From positions 448,001-512,000 of the forward strand of contig OZ245033.1 of assembly GCA_965224025.1 (NCBI GenBank): a stretch of 64,000 nucleotides of DNA. The letters run 5' to 3'. A program made the position numbers and the translations under genes. Source of the DNA: Candidatus Multivorans sp. GTDB lineage: Bacteria; Acidobacteriota; Thermoanaerobaculia; Multivoradales; Multivoraceae. Under the pieces are notes generated by a model. That model saw only the letters and a program-made list of their open reading frames with translations, ran no database searches and had not been told where the DNA came from. This document shows, piece after piece, positions 44,260-53,776 of the stretch (the stretch's first letter is position 1; every line of letters begins with the position of its first letter).

Positions 44260-47200
44260 TCAGGGCGGACTCCAGAGCCAGTCCAAGTCGGAGAAGGCAA
44301 GTTCCGGGCCGAAGTTCTCGATGTTGTCTTCGACGTTCAGGATCAGGCACCTCTCGGTACCGCCGTTCTTTGGCCCTCGCAAGCCGCGGCCGATCATCTG
44401 GAAGTAAAGATTCGGGCTGTAGACCGGGCGGGCAACGAGGATCGCGCGCGTCTTCGGCGCGTCGAAGCCTTCGCGGAACACGCCGTAGTTCACGAGTGCC
44501 CGAAGGGCCCCGCTGCGGAACTCCTCCACGACCTGGCGGCGAGTCGCGGTGTCGGTTTCTCCGCTGACCGCGCGGGACGGAATGCCCTGACACTCGAGGA
44601 GCGCGGCGAGGGTCTTCGCGTGTTCAACGGATGTGGCGAAGACGAGGGTTGGCCAGTCGCGTTCGATGTGCTTCTCGAACGCGCCAAGGATCCGCTTGGT
44701 GCGGGCGGTGCTGCCGGCGATGCGGTCTTCCACCGCTCTGGGAAGCCAGGGCAGGTTCCACCGCTCGCCGTTCCATCCCTCCCGGCGCATGGGCCGGAGG
44801 TCGTCGTCGCGCAAATGGAAGGTGTCGCCCCGGATCACGCCGTGGTCCACCTGAGAGAGGATTCCCATTTCCTGCAGGTGCTGAACGACGGCGGGCGGGT
44901 CGTCCATCGGGAACGCCCCGTTGTCAAGTCGTCGTTTCCCGTAGCGATTGACCAGCCTGGCCGTCTCCTCTTCGTCTCTCCCGCGGTAGGGCGTGGCGGT
45001 GAGGCCGACCAGGAACGGCTCGTCAGGCTTCGGGTAGCGGGTCAGGCCCGTCTCCTCCATCACGGACGTGTAGGTCGGGGCGATGGACCGATGCGCTTCG
45101 TCGAAGACGACGAGTTGAAGATCGGCCAGGAATGCGTAGTCAGGGTGCCCGAGCCGTGCCCGCAGCGTCTGGATTGAAGCGACCACGACGTGCCGCTTGG
45201 TCAACGGACGAGGACTTTCCTGACCGGCCCACGCTCTGGAGATGCGCAGACGCTCGCCGGAGTCGCCGACGCTCGCCCACACTTGCCGCCACGCCTCGAC
45301 AGCTTGCTCGCAAAGCTCGTCGCGGTCGGCGACCCAGAGCACTCCGCCGGGGAAGTCGCCTTCCCGTGTCGCTTCGACAATCGCCTGCACCGCAACCCGC
45401 GTCTTCCCGGCGCCGGTCGGCAGACTGATCATGGCCCGGCGTTCGCCTCCCGCAGCCGATTCGCCTCCCAGCAATGCCTGAAGATTCTCAGCGACCCGTT
45501 CCTGGTAGTCGTGCAGCGGAGGGAGCTTCTCAGGACCCCGAACTTCCAGCCAGGGGTCCCGCTTGGGGGTTCGCTTGCCGGCCCAGTCGTCGGCGAAACC
45601 GAGAGCCTGGACGAAAGCGATTGCCCGTGATGAACCGGCCCACTGTTTCGGGGGATCGAGGTCGTGCAGTGCTTCACGGTGCCGCCGCAGTGCGTCCGTA
45701 TGCCAGGTCGCGATGGCCGCCTCGGCGAGTCTCTTGCCGCCGAGTTCCTTGCCGTCGACTTCAAGCATGGCGAGCAGCATGTCGGGGAGTTGGTTGCGTA
45801 GAGCCTGTTCGCCGACAGCGGCCAGCAACCGATCTGCGGCCGACGACTTCTGGCGGATCGCGTCGCGGCGGGCTTGGACCTCCCTGGGCGTCCTCCGGTC
45901 GAGGATCTGCTGGAGCGTGTCTTCGGTGAGGTCTAGCTCCAGCTCCCTGGAGACCAGCCGCAGTTGCTTTTCCTCCTCCGCTACGGAGTCCGCGAGGTAG
46001 GCGTTCAAGTGCCTGGCTCTGCAGTCCACGTCTCGACCCGCGACCAGGATCCGCTTGCAGCGGATCAGCAGGCAATCCGACCTGTCCGCCGGCAGTACCG
46101 CGCCGAGACCCGGCCAGACGTCGGTCAGGAAGACGGGCTCCGCTTCTCCGATGAACTCCGGTCTCGGGTCCGTCAGGTCGAAGGCATCGCGGATCGACTC
46201 CCAGTTCTCGTGCCGATAGAGGACATCGGCTTCGCCGTTCTTCGGAGGTTGGCCGTGCGCGTCGCCGAACGAGACAATGCCGGCTGGTGTTCTGATCCGC
46301 CCGTGCTTCATCAGCGTGGGAACCGCCAAGGACCTGAAGCGAGCCGACGGGTATGCCTGACCGTTCGTGCCGCTATGGCCCATCGACCAGTGGGTGAACG
46401 TTGCCTCGAGTTCAAGGAGCTCGTCGGTGTAGGCCAACCGTCCCTCGTCGGAGAGCCTCGCGAGTACGTCGAGCGGGCCCGCCCCCTTGGCCGATCCGAC
46501 GAAGTCTCCGTCGCCGGACCAGTGTCCGAAGCGGAGGTAGCCATGCTGGGGGGTATGCGGAAGGTCATCCCGTTGCCGGTACTTCGCCTCGCACTCTCGC
46601 CGGAAGACCTCGAAGTCGACAGCGAACGAGAGGTTCCAGCCGGGTGCAGGGCGATCGGTGGTGCCCAATTCCTTTAGCAGGTCGAGGTCCCGGCGGTGGA
46701 CGTCTCGTCAATTGTCGCCTCTCCGTCCCTGCTCCCGTCGGATGGCACGATGGGCCCCGGAAACAGCACGGAAGCGAGCGGCTGCCAAGCGTCGGCGAGG
46801 GTTCGCGCCTTGACGCGGTAAGGCAACACGCCAGGGTGGTTCGCTATCTCGGCGGCGATGTCGAATGCCCTGCTTGCGTCGAGTCTTCGAGCAGCAGCCC
46901 AGAACGCATCCCAAGCGTCCTCTGCGGGTTTGGTCTGGCGGCTTCCCAGTCCTACCCGTCGAGCGGCGCGCCTGAAGGTGGCTTCGGGGCTTGGCGTTCG
47001 GAGGCCCAGCGCCTGGAGGACCTTCCTCGTTGGCGGGTCCTGGGCGAGTCGACGATGAACCGTCGATGCCTCTTCCCCATCGACCGCGGCCGCTTCGGCG
47101 GGAAGAAAGACCGAGTCGGCGTCGACCGGCTTCCACTCGTTGGCCTCGGTCAGAACGATGTTGCCCAGGTTCGTCCCTTGGCGCACCGCTTCGGGAATGG

Positions 47201-48846
47201 CCTACGCCGTGCGTAGGGCGGCCCTCGATGCGGCGACTGCCTGCTCGCCCGAACTGCCTTCGACCAGGGCTTCCAGCCACTCCTGCAGAGAGGCGCGGGG
47301 GGCTGGCTGTCGGTAGTAGTTGCCCGGAAACAGGCGGTCGATCCGGGAGAGCCGCTCGCGGGTCAGCGCCGAGTGGCTAAGCCAGTTCGTTGGCCGGCCC
47401 TCGTATGCCGCCCACCGTTTGAAAGGGGCCTCGTCCGTTTGAAAGGGGCCTCGTCGATCCGGTTGCCGGATGTGAGTTCACTGGGCGGATAGCGAAGCGC
47501 GTCAGGTACCTGGACGTCACCGTTCTGGTCGGGCACGATCGGGCGTCGCGACAGATGGCCGAACAGTTCGCGCCGCAGGAGCGCTGCCTGGTCCGTGTCG
47601 CCGGCTTCGTGTCGGCGCGGCAGAACGTCGAGGTGGCGGGCCGGATCGTCCTCGGCCCGGAGCCCGGCGATCTCTTCGGCAACCACCTTCGCCGCAGCCG
47701 GATGATCTCGTCGTTGTAGGGGCCCGACAGCAGATTCTGGCGGTCCTCGTTCGTCTTCCACGGCGCGTTCAGGATGCCGCCGACGAGACTCGCCGTCCGG
47801 GTAGGAAAGTAGGCCCAGAAGTGCCCTACGTCTCGGCTAACGTCGAGCGACGCTGCCCACGTGATCGGAACCTCGTTGCTGTCATCAAGCGAACGGCGGT
47901 CGCTGCGGGCACTCACGGAGAGCGTGTGCATCGTCTGGAAGATGCGCCATCGGCTGGTTTGTTCCGTTACCTGCGAGACGTCCGCCTTGAGCAGTTCGAA
48001 CACCGCGTCCGACTGTTGACGAAGCGTGTAGCGGCTTATGGACTGGCCATCGTCGAGGTGCAACTCCCGGACATGATGGACGAGGAGCAGGAACTCCGCC
48101 GGGAAGTCCCTGATCTGCTGTCTGAGAGCCCCCACTCCTCGCTCCAGGAGCGGCAGGCGTACGATGTTCGTCGCCCAACTCATCAGTTCCCCGAGCGTGC
48201 CGTCCTCGTCCTCGGCGCGACACGGGTCGAGCGATTCGGGCAGCCGAAGAACCGGATAGTCCCGGAACTCGCGCCCGGTTGCCGCCTCGATCACCTGCCT
48301 CGCGTGTTCTCGGCCAAACCGGAACGAAACGGAGCGGCTGTAGAACTCTGGGGCATCGGTGACGCCGAGCACCGACTTGAACCCGAGCCCAAACCTGCCG
48401 ATCGCCGCCGTGTCCCTCTTGCTTGACAAGTGGGCAAACATGAGGGCCGTGATTCCGCTCTCATCAACCGGCAGGCCGTCGTCCGCGCAGTAGAGGTTGT
48501 CTCCAGACAATCTGATGCTGATCCTGCGGCGGCCGCTCTCGGCTTGAAGCAGGGCGTCTGCGCTGTTCTGCACGAGCTCGATGATCTGCCGGTCCGCGTA
48601 GCCGCCGCGGGCGGTGTCGTGTTCCTGGTTTACGTGTTCGTACACGAGGTTTGGTTGGTTCCCGTAGGAGGCCAGGGTGCCTTTCGTCTCCCGCCGAATG
48701 AAGTCGGCAAGTGGGCTCTCTGGACCTGCCCAGGCTTCGCGACCATGATGGACGCTGGGACTCCCAGCTTCAATGGCGTTCCTCAAGGGGCTCTCCTGGC
48801 CTTCCGGGCGCGGGCTTTCCGCGTTGGTCTCTGACCCTGATCTCAC
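44260..48846 (-). pseudogene. Sacsin-like GHKL ATPase fused to an SF2 DEAD/DEAH helicase, multiply frameshifted
   Basis: N-terminal ELVQNSADA, DDG and IGRFGLGFKSV; C-terminal PTGAGKT, DEAH, LTAT and QMIGRGLRG; breaks near 47700, 47430, 47200 and 46680. Confidence 0.82.
47415..47454. repeat. Perfect 20-bp tandem duplication
   Basis: ccgtttgaaaggggcctcgt x2. Confidence 0.95.
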
Positions 48847-48917
48847 TACAGATTCGAACGATTGATGCCCGTGGCCGCGTGCTCCCACCGGGCCCGGGAG
48901 GTGTCTTGACTTCTCGA

Positions 48918-49940
48918 TCAGACGACGATCCGCGCCACCCGCTCCACGAACCAGAACGCCGCGATGATTCCAGTCGCGTAAATCGGCGTACGCAGGACGA
49001 GCTCCGGCACGACGATCCCTACCCGGTTGACGGCCGCCACCAGTGCCAGCACGACCGCGACGACCAGGAGTTGTCCCACCTCGACCCCGACGTTGAACAG
49101 GAACAGGGCCATCGCGATCGCCCGCTGCGGCAGGCCGATTTCGGCCAGAGCGCCGGCGAAGCCGAAGCCGTGCAGCAGGCCGAAGGCGAACGCGATAAGC
49201 CAGGGGCTCTTCGTCGTGATCGGCGATCGCTGGTCCTCGGGCCGCAGCAGCTCGACCGCCAGGAACAGGATGGACAGGGCGATGACCGCCTCGACGGGCG
49301 CCGAGGACAGCTTGACGACATCGAGGGATGACAAGGCAAGCGTGATGCTGTGGGCAAGCGTGAAAGAGGTGATCACGCCGACCAGGCGCCACGGACTGCG
49401 GACGTAGAAGAGCAGTCCGATCACGAACAGGATGTGGTCGAAGCCGAACAGCAGATGCTCGACGCCGAGCCGGAAGTAGGGCGCGGCGTTCCCCGCCGCC
49501 TCTCGGTCGACGGTGTACGAGGGCGCCTCCGGGCGCAGCAGTTGGGTCAGGCTGTCGCCACCTGTGAAGCTGATGCGGAGCAGGACGTCGGTGAGCGTCC
49601 GTTCGAGCCCCTGGATGGCGAAGATGTCGCCGTGGAACGTGCGCTCCGGGTCGGTGTCCGGCGCCTCGCACTCGACCGTCCAGCGTTCGACCAGGGCGCC
49701 GGCGAGGTTCTCGGGCGGCTGCCGGGCGGTCTCGGTGCAATAGTCCGGGAGGATCGGGTCGAGCAGCAGCAGGAGCGCGCCGCGCCGCGGCTGCTTCCAG
49801 ACGACCTCGAAGCGGCCGGTCTCGACCTCGATCAGCTCCAGGTAGCCGGGGCGGACCTCGTGGCCGCCGGCGGGGGCGGCGGCGAAGAGCCCGACCAGGA
49901 TCGCCGCCGCCGGCAGCCCGTGCAGGCAGCGCCGTGTCAG
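48918..49940 (-). CDS. HupE/UreJ family membrane protein (probable CTG start)
   Basis: Open frame from a CTG overlapping the upstream TGA; signal peptide, HEVRPGYLEL, GVEHLLFGFDH, FTLAHSITL, FGLLHGFGFA. Confidence 0.88.
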   Translation of the reverse strand: MTRRCLHGLPAAAILVGLFAAAPAGGHEVRPGYLELIEVETGRFEVVWKQPRRGALLLLLDPILPDYCTETARQPPENLAGALVERWTVECEAPDTDPERTFHGDIFAIQGLERTLTDVLLRISFTGGDSLTQLLRPEAPSYTVDREAAGNAAPYFRLGVEHLLFGFDHILFVIGLLFYVRSPWRLVGVITSFTLAHSITLALSSLDVVKLSSAPVEAVIALSILFLAVELLRPEDQRSPITTKSPWLIAFAFGLLHGFGFAGALAEIGLPQRAIAMALFLFNVGVEVGQLLVVAVVLALVAAVNRVGIVVPELVLRTPIYATGIIAAFWFVERVARIVV

Positions 49941-50854
49941 GGCGCGTCTCCGCCGGCTTCGTCACCTCCTTCGAGTTCGGAGGCGAAGTCGATCTCTTCG
50001 ATCTCGATCTCGTAGCGGTTGCGCAGGTTGTCGTGGGCTTCGCGGTTCGCCGCGTCGCGGGCGTCGCGCTGGGCGTCCTCGAGCACCCGCCGGCGCGCGT
50101 CCTCGAACACGGCCGGCTTCGCCTCGGTGCGAAGAGAAAGGCGGACGATGTGGTAGCCGTAGGCCGACTCCACCGGCCCGGCCCACTCGCCGACCGGCAG
50201 GTCTGCGAGAGCGTCGACGAAAGCGCCGCCGAAGAGCTCCGCGAGGTCGGCGGCGGTGCGCCGCCCGTACTCGCGGCGCAGCATGAAGGGGTCGCCCAGG
50301 CGCCGCCAGAGCGTGTTCTCGGGTTCGGCGCCCCCACCCTCTTCCGTGAGTTGTACGAGGATGTCCGCGGCCACCCGTGCCGCCTCCTCGTCGCTGCCGC
50401 GGCGGTCGGGGCTGACGTAGACGTGGCGAAGGGTGAACCGCTGCGCGTCTCCGTAGCGTTCCGCGTTCTCCTCGAAGTAGGCGGCGAGCTCGCCCTCGGA
50501 TATCGCGTCGACCACGACCGTGTCCTCGATCAGGAAGGACATCTTCTGGGCGAGGCGTCTGCGCACGATCGTGTCGTCGCCGTCGAGGCCCATCCGCATC
50601 GCCTCGCGGACCAGGACCTCCTCCCGGATGTGGTCTTCGACCAGGGAGTCGAGCTCGGCGGCGGTCGGCAGACGCCCGATCTGGGCGCTCCAGAGGGTCG
50701 CCAGCCGGACCACCTGGTCCCGGGTAACGAGAACGTTGCGGCTCTCCGGGTCGAAGACGCCGCCGGCCATGCGGTCGAGGGCGAACACCCCCGCTCCGAT
50801 ACCTAAGAACACCAGCAGGGGGTCGCGAAGGAAGCGGCGAACAGAGTCACGCAT
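49937..50854 (-). CDS. PpiC/parvulin-like peptidyl-prolyl isomerase
   Basis: EEVLVREA..MGLD.DD.IVRRRLAQKM, GPVESAYGYHIV. Confidence 0.88.
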   Translation of the reverse strand: MRDSVRRFLRDPLLVFLGIGAGVFALDRMAGGVFDPESRNVLVTRDQVVRLATLWSAQIGRLPTAAELDSLVEDHIREEVLVREAMRMGLDGDDTIVRRRLAQKMSFLIEDTVVVDAISEGELAAYFEENAERYGDAQRFTLRHVYVSPDRRGSDEEAARVAADILVQLTEEGGGAEPENTLWRRLGDPFMLRREYGRRTAADLAELFGGAFVDALADLPVGEWAGPVESAYGYHIVRLSLRTEAKPAVFEDARRRVLEDAQRDARDAANREAHDNLRNRYEIEIEEIDFASELEGGDEAGGDAP

Positions 50855-50924
50855 AGCGAGGGATACTACGCTCTCACGCTCGCGCCGCTGCAGCGTAGAA
50901 CCGTAGGTGGTCTATGGCCGCCGC

Positions 50925-50956
50925 CCTGGGAACCCGGGCGTCTCGCCCGCATCCGG
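50925..50956. repeat. Family-A REP variant
   Basis: cctgggaacccgggcgtctcgcccgcatccgg. Confidence 0.75.
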
Positions 50957-51040
50957 CGCAGAGCGCCGGTTCTGGTGGCGATAGCCTCCCTCGAACCCGA
51001 GGTCTGCGGGTCGACGTCCAGGAAGAACGGAGGGGTCGTG

Positions 51041-52096
51041 ATGGCGAACGAAGAACGGCGACGCGTGGCAGCGATTGTGCGGGCGGGTTGTCTTGCCGGA
51101 ACCGTGTTCTTGGGCGCTGCGGTTCCGGCTGCCGGACAGACGAAGACCGGCGGCGACGCGGAACGCGAGAAGGTCCTGTTCGACTGCGACATCGGCTCGG
51201 ACATCGACGACGCCTACGCCATGGCGCTGCTCCTGGCGAGCCCGGAGATCGAGCTCGTCGGCGTCACCGTCGGCCACGCGCGCACGCCGGACCGGGCGCT
51301 GCTGGCGCTGCGCATGCTCTACGAGACGGGGCTTGACCACATCCCGGTCTACGTCGGCCGGGAGACGGCGTTGGTTACGCTGCGCGACGGCGAACCTCAC
51401 GACGAGTTCAAGCAGGCGCCGTACAACCGGCAGTTCCACTGGGGCCGGGGCTTCGACGAACTGGAACCGGAGTCGCAGCCGGCGGCCGAGTTCATCGTCG
51501 AGGCGCTCAGCGCCAACCCGGGCGAGATCACTCTGCTGACCGTCGGCCCGGTGACCAACATCGGCGACGCGCTGCTACTCGACCCGGACGTCCTCAAGAA
51601 CGCGAAGCGCGTCCTCTCGATGTACGGCTCGATCCGGTCCGGCTACGACGGCGGCGAAGCCCAGCGCGAGTGGAACGTCCTCGCTGATGCGGCGTCGTCG
51701 AAGGTCTTCGACCACGCGGTCCAGCGCGGCGGCACGGACGTCGTCTACATACCGCTCGACGTGACGGACCACGTCCGCCTCGACGCCGACCGCCGTCTCC
51801 ACCTGCACATGCGCGGGACCCCGATCACCGACGCGGTCACCTCGCTCTACTCCCTGTGGCGAGACGAAGAAAGAGACCAGACCACTCCGCGCCTCTTCGA
51901 CGCCGTCGCCGTCGGCTTCCTCCTATGGCCCGATCTCTTCGGCCTCGAACACGGCCGCGTCACCGTCGACGAACGCAGCATGACCCTCTTCAAACCGGGC
52001 GCAGAACCCACATCCACCGTCGCCCTCACCATCGACGACGCCGAGTTCATCGAACGCATGGTCGTCCGCTACCTGGAACAGACACTGCGCCGCTGA
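51041..52096 (+). CDS. Nucleoside hydrolase family protein, probably exported
   Basis: DCDIGSDIDDA, GPVTN, EWNV; signal-like N-terminus. Confidence 0.88.
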   Translation: MANEERRRVAAIVRAGCLAGTVFLGAAVPAAGQTKTGGDAEREKVLFDCDIGSDIDDAYAMALLLASPEIELVGVTVGHARTPDRALLALRMLYETGLDHIPVYVGRETALVTLRDGEPHDEFKQAPYNRQFHWGRGFDELEPESQPAAEFIVEALSANPGEITLLTVGPVTNIGDALLLDPDVLKNAKRVLSMYGSIRSGYDGGEAQREWNVLADAASSKVFDHAVQRGGTDVVYIPLDVTDHVRLDADRRLHLHMRGTPITDAVTSLYSLWRDEERDQTTPRLFDAVAVGFLLWPDLFGLEHGRVTVDERSMTLFKPGAEPTSTVALTIDDAEFIERMVVRYLEQTLRR

Positions 52097-52127
52097 GCAT
52101 CGGTACTCGGCGTCGTCCGCACGCCTG

Positions 52128-52373
52128 CTTCAAGTCGCCGCTCATCGAACCGGACGTGCGGTTTTCCCGCATCCGGCTCTCGGACGGGATCAAGCCTTCG
52201 CCCACGGAAAGCGTGCGGTGCGCACGGTCAGGTGAGTGAGGCCGTACTCTTTCCAGAGCATCTCGTCGGGGAAGCGCACGTGCTTCGCCGATCTCACCTT
52301 GTGCTTACGGCACAGCCACTGTCGCAGCCGCCGGGTCGCGTGCCGGTCCACCGCGGAGTAAGACGGACTCACC
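52128..52373 (-). mobile_element. Group II intron 3' remnant (end of the maturase ORF plus domain V)
   Basis: RRLRQWLCRKHK domain-X motif, then GAGCCGGATGCGGGAAAACCGCACGTCCGGTTCGATGAGCGG. Confidence 0.88.
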
Positions 52374-53756
52374 CTAGATCGGTTCGCCCAACTGCTCGGT
52401 CAGCTCGGCTTGGCGGGCGGCGAGCTGTTCGGGCGTCGACGCTTCGAGGACGAGGCGTAGGAGCGGCTCGGTGTTCGAGGGGCGGACGTTGAACCACCAG
52501 TCGTCGAAGTCGATGCGGATGCCGTCGAGGCGGTCGAGGGTGCCGCCCTGACCTGCGGCGTAGCGGTCGACGAGGGCTGCCATGGCGGCGTCCTTGTCCT
52601 CGACTTCAAAGTTGATCTCGCTGCTCTTCGCGTAGCGGCGTAGCGGCGCGGCGCCCTCTGAGAGGGACTTGCCGGAGCGGCGGATCAGGTTGAGGACGGC
52701 GACGACGGCCAGGATGGAGCTGTCGGCGCAGTAGTTCTGGCGGAAGTAGTAGTGGCCGGCGAGTTCGCCGCCGAACAGCGCGCCGGTGCGGCGCATCGTG
52801 GCCTTGACGAAGGAATGGCCGACCCGTTCCGGCAGCGGCGTGCCGCCGTGTTCGCGGATGTACTCGGGCACCGCCCGTGAGGAGCGGATGTCGTGGATCA
52901 CGGCGCCGCCGGGCGCCCGTTCGAGCATCTGGCCGGCGATCAGGGCGGTGATCAGGTCGGACCCGATCGGCTCACCGAGTTCGTCGACGAAGGCGGCTCG
53001 GTCGCCGTCTCCGTCGAAGCTGACGCCGAGGTCCGCCTGGCTGCCTGTGACGAGGCGGCTCAGGTCGCGCAAGTTCTCCGGCAGCAGCGGGTTCGCCTCG
53101 TGGTTCGGGAAGGTCCCGTCGAGCTCGAAATAGAGCGGCAGCAGTTCGACGCCGCAGGCCAGAAGCAGAGGCCGGTAGATCGTGCCCATCCCGTTCGCTG
53201 CGTCGGCGGCCAGTCGCAGCTTCGGTCCGCCTGCGGCCTCGAACGATCGGTCGAGGAAGGAGAGCACGTGCTCGGCGTACTCCGCTTCGATGCTCGTCGT
53301 CTCGACCCGTCCGGGCGACGCGGCCGGCGCCGGCTCCGGACCGAGGGCGTGCTCCTCGATGATCGGGATGCCGTGGTCTCCCGACACCGGCACGGCGCCG
53401 GCGAGGCTGAACTTCAGGCCGTTGTACTCGGCCCCGTTGTGGCTGGCCGTGACCTGGATGCCGCCGGCGGCGCCGAGCCTGCCGGTGGCGAAGTAGTTCA
53501 TCGGCGTGGTCGCGAGACCGATGTCCAGGACATCGAGCCCGGCCCGCGTCAGCCCGTCGCAGAGCGCCTCGGACAGCGGCACGCTGTGCGAACGCATGTC
53601 GCGGCTGACAACGACGGTGCGGGGCCGTTCCGCGCCCTGGTCCCCCTCGAGTTCGACCAGGTGGCCGAATCCCATCCCGATCCGGCGCGCCAGCGCCTCG
53701 TTCAACTGTCCCGGATAGAGGCCGCGGACGTCGTAGGCCTTGAAGATTCCTGCCAT
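52374..53756 (-). CDS. manB: Phosphomannomutase/phosphoglucomutase
   Basis: IFKAYDVRG, TASHN, DGDGDR, GELAGH, RPSNTEP. Confidence 0.93.
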   Translation of the reverse strand: MAGIFKAYDVRGLYPGQLNEALARRIGMGFGHLVELEGDQGAERPRTVVVSRDMRSHSVPLSEALCDGLTRAGLDVLDIGLATTPMNYFATGRLGAAGGIQVTASHNGAEYNGLKFSLAGAVPVSGDHGIPIIEEHALGPEPAPAASPGRVETTSIEAEYAEHVLSFLDRSFEAAGGPKLRLAADAANGMGTIYRPLLLACGVELLPLYFELDGTFPNHEANPLLPENLRDLSRLVTGSQADLGVSFDGDGDRAAFVDELGEPIGSDLITALIAGQMLERAPGGAVIHDIRSSRAVPEYIREHGGTPLPERVGHSFVKATMRRTGALFGGELAGHYYFRQNYCADSSILAVVAVLNLIRRSGKSLSEGAAPLRRYAKSSEINFEVEDKDAAMAALVDRYAAGQGGTLDRLDGIRIDFDDWWFNVRPSNTEPLLRLVLEASTPEQLAARQAELTEQLGEPI

Positions 53757-53776
53757 GGAGTTCCCTCGGCCTTTGC

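Noticed and set aside
47377-50337. 986-aa ORF as one gene
   Set aside because: The upstream half overlaps the PPIase and HupE genes out of frame; only the part from about 48846 is the sacsin-like domain
52128-52373. Retron or diversity-generating retroelement
   Set aside because: No RT catalytic domain and no template/variable repeat pair with adenine-specific mismatches; domain V identifies a group II intron
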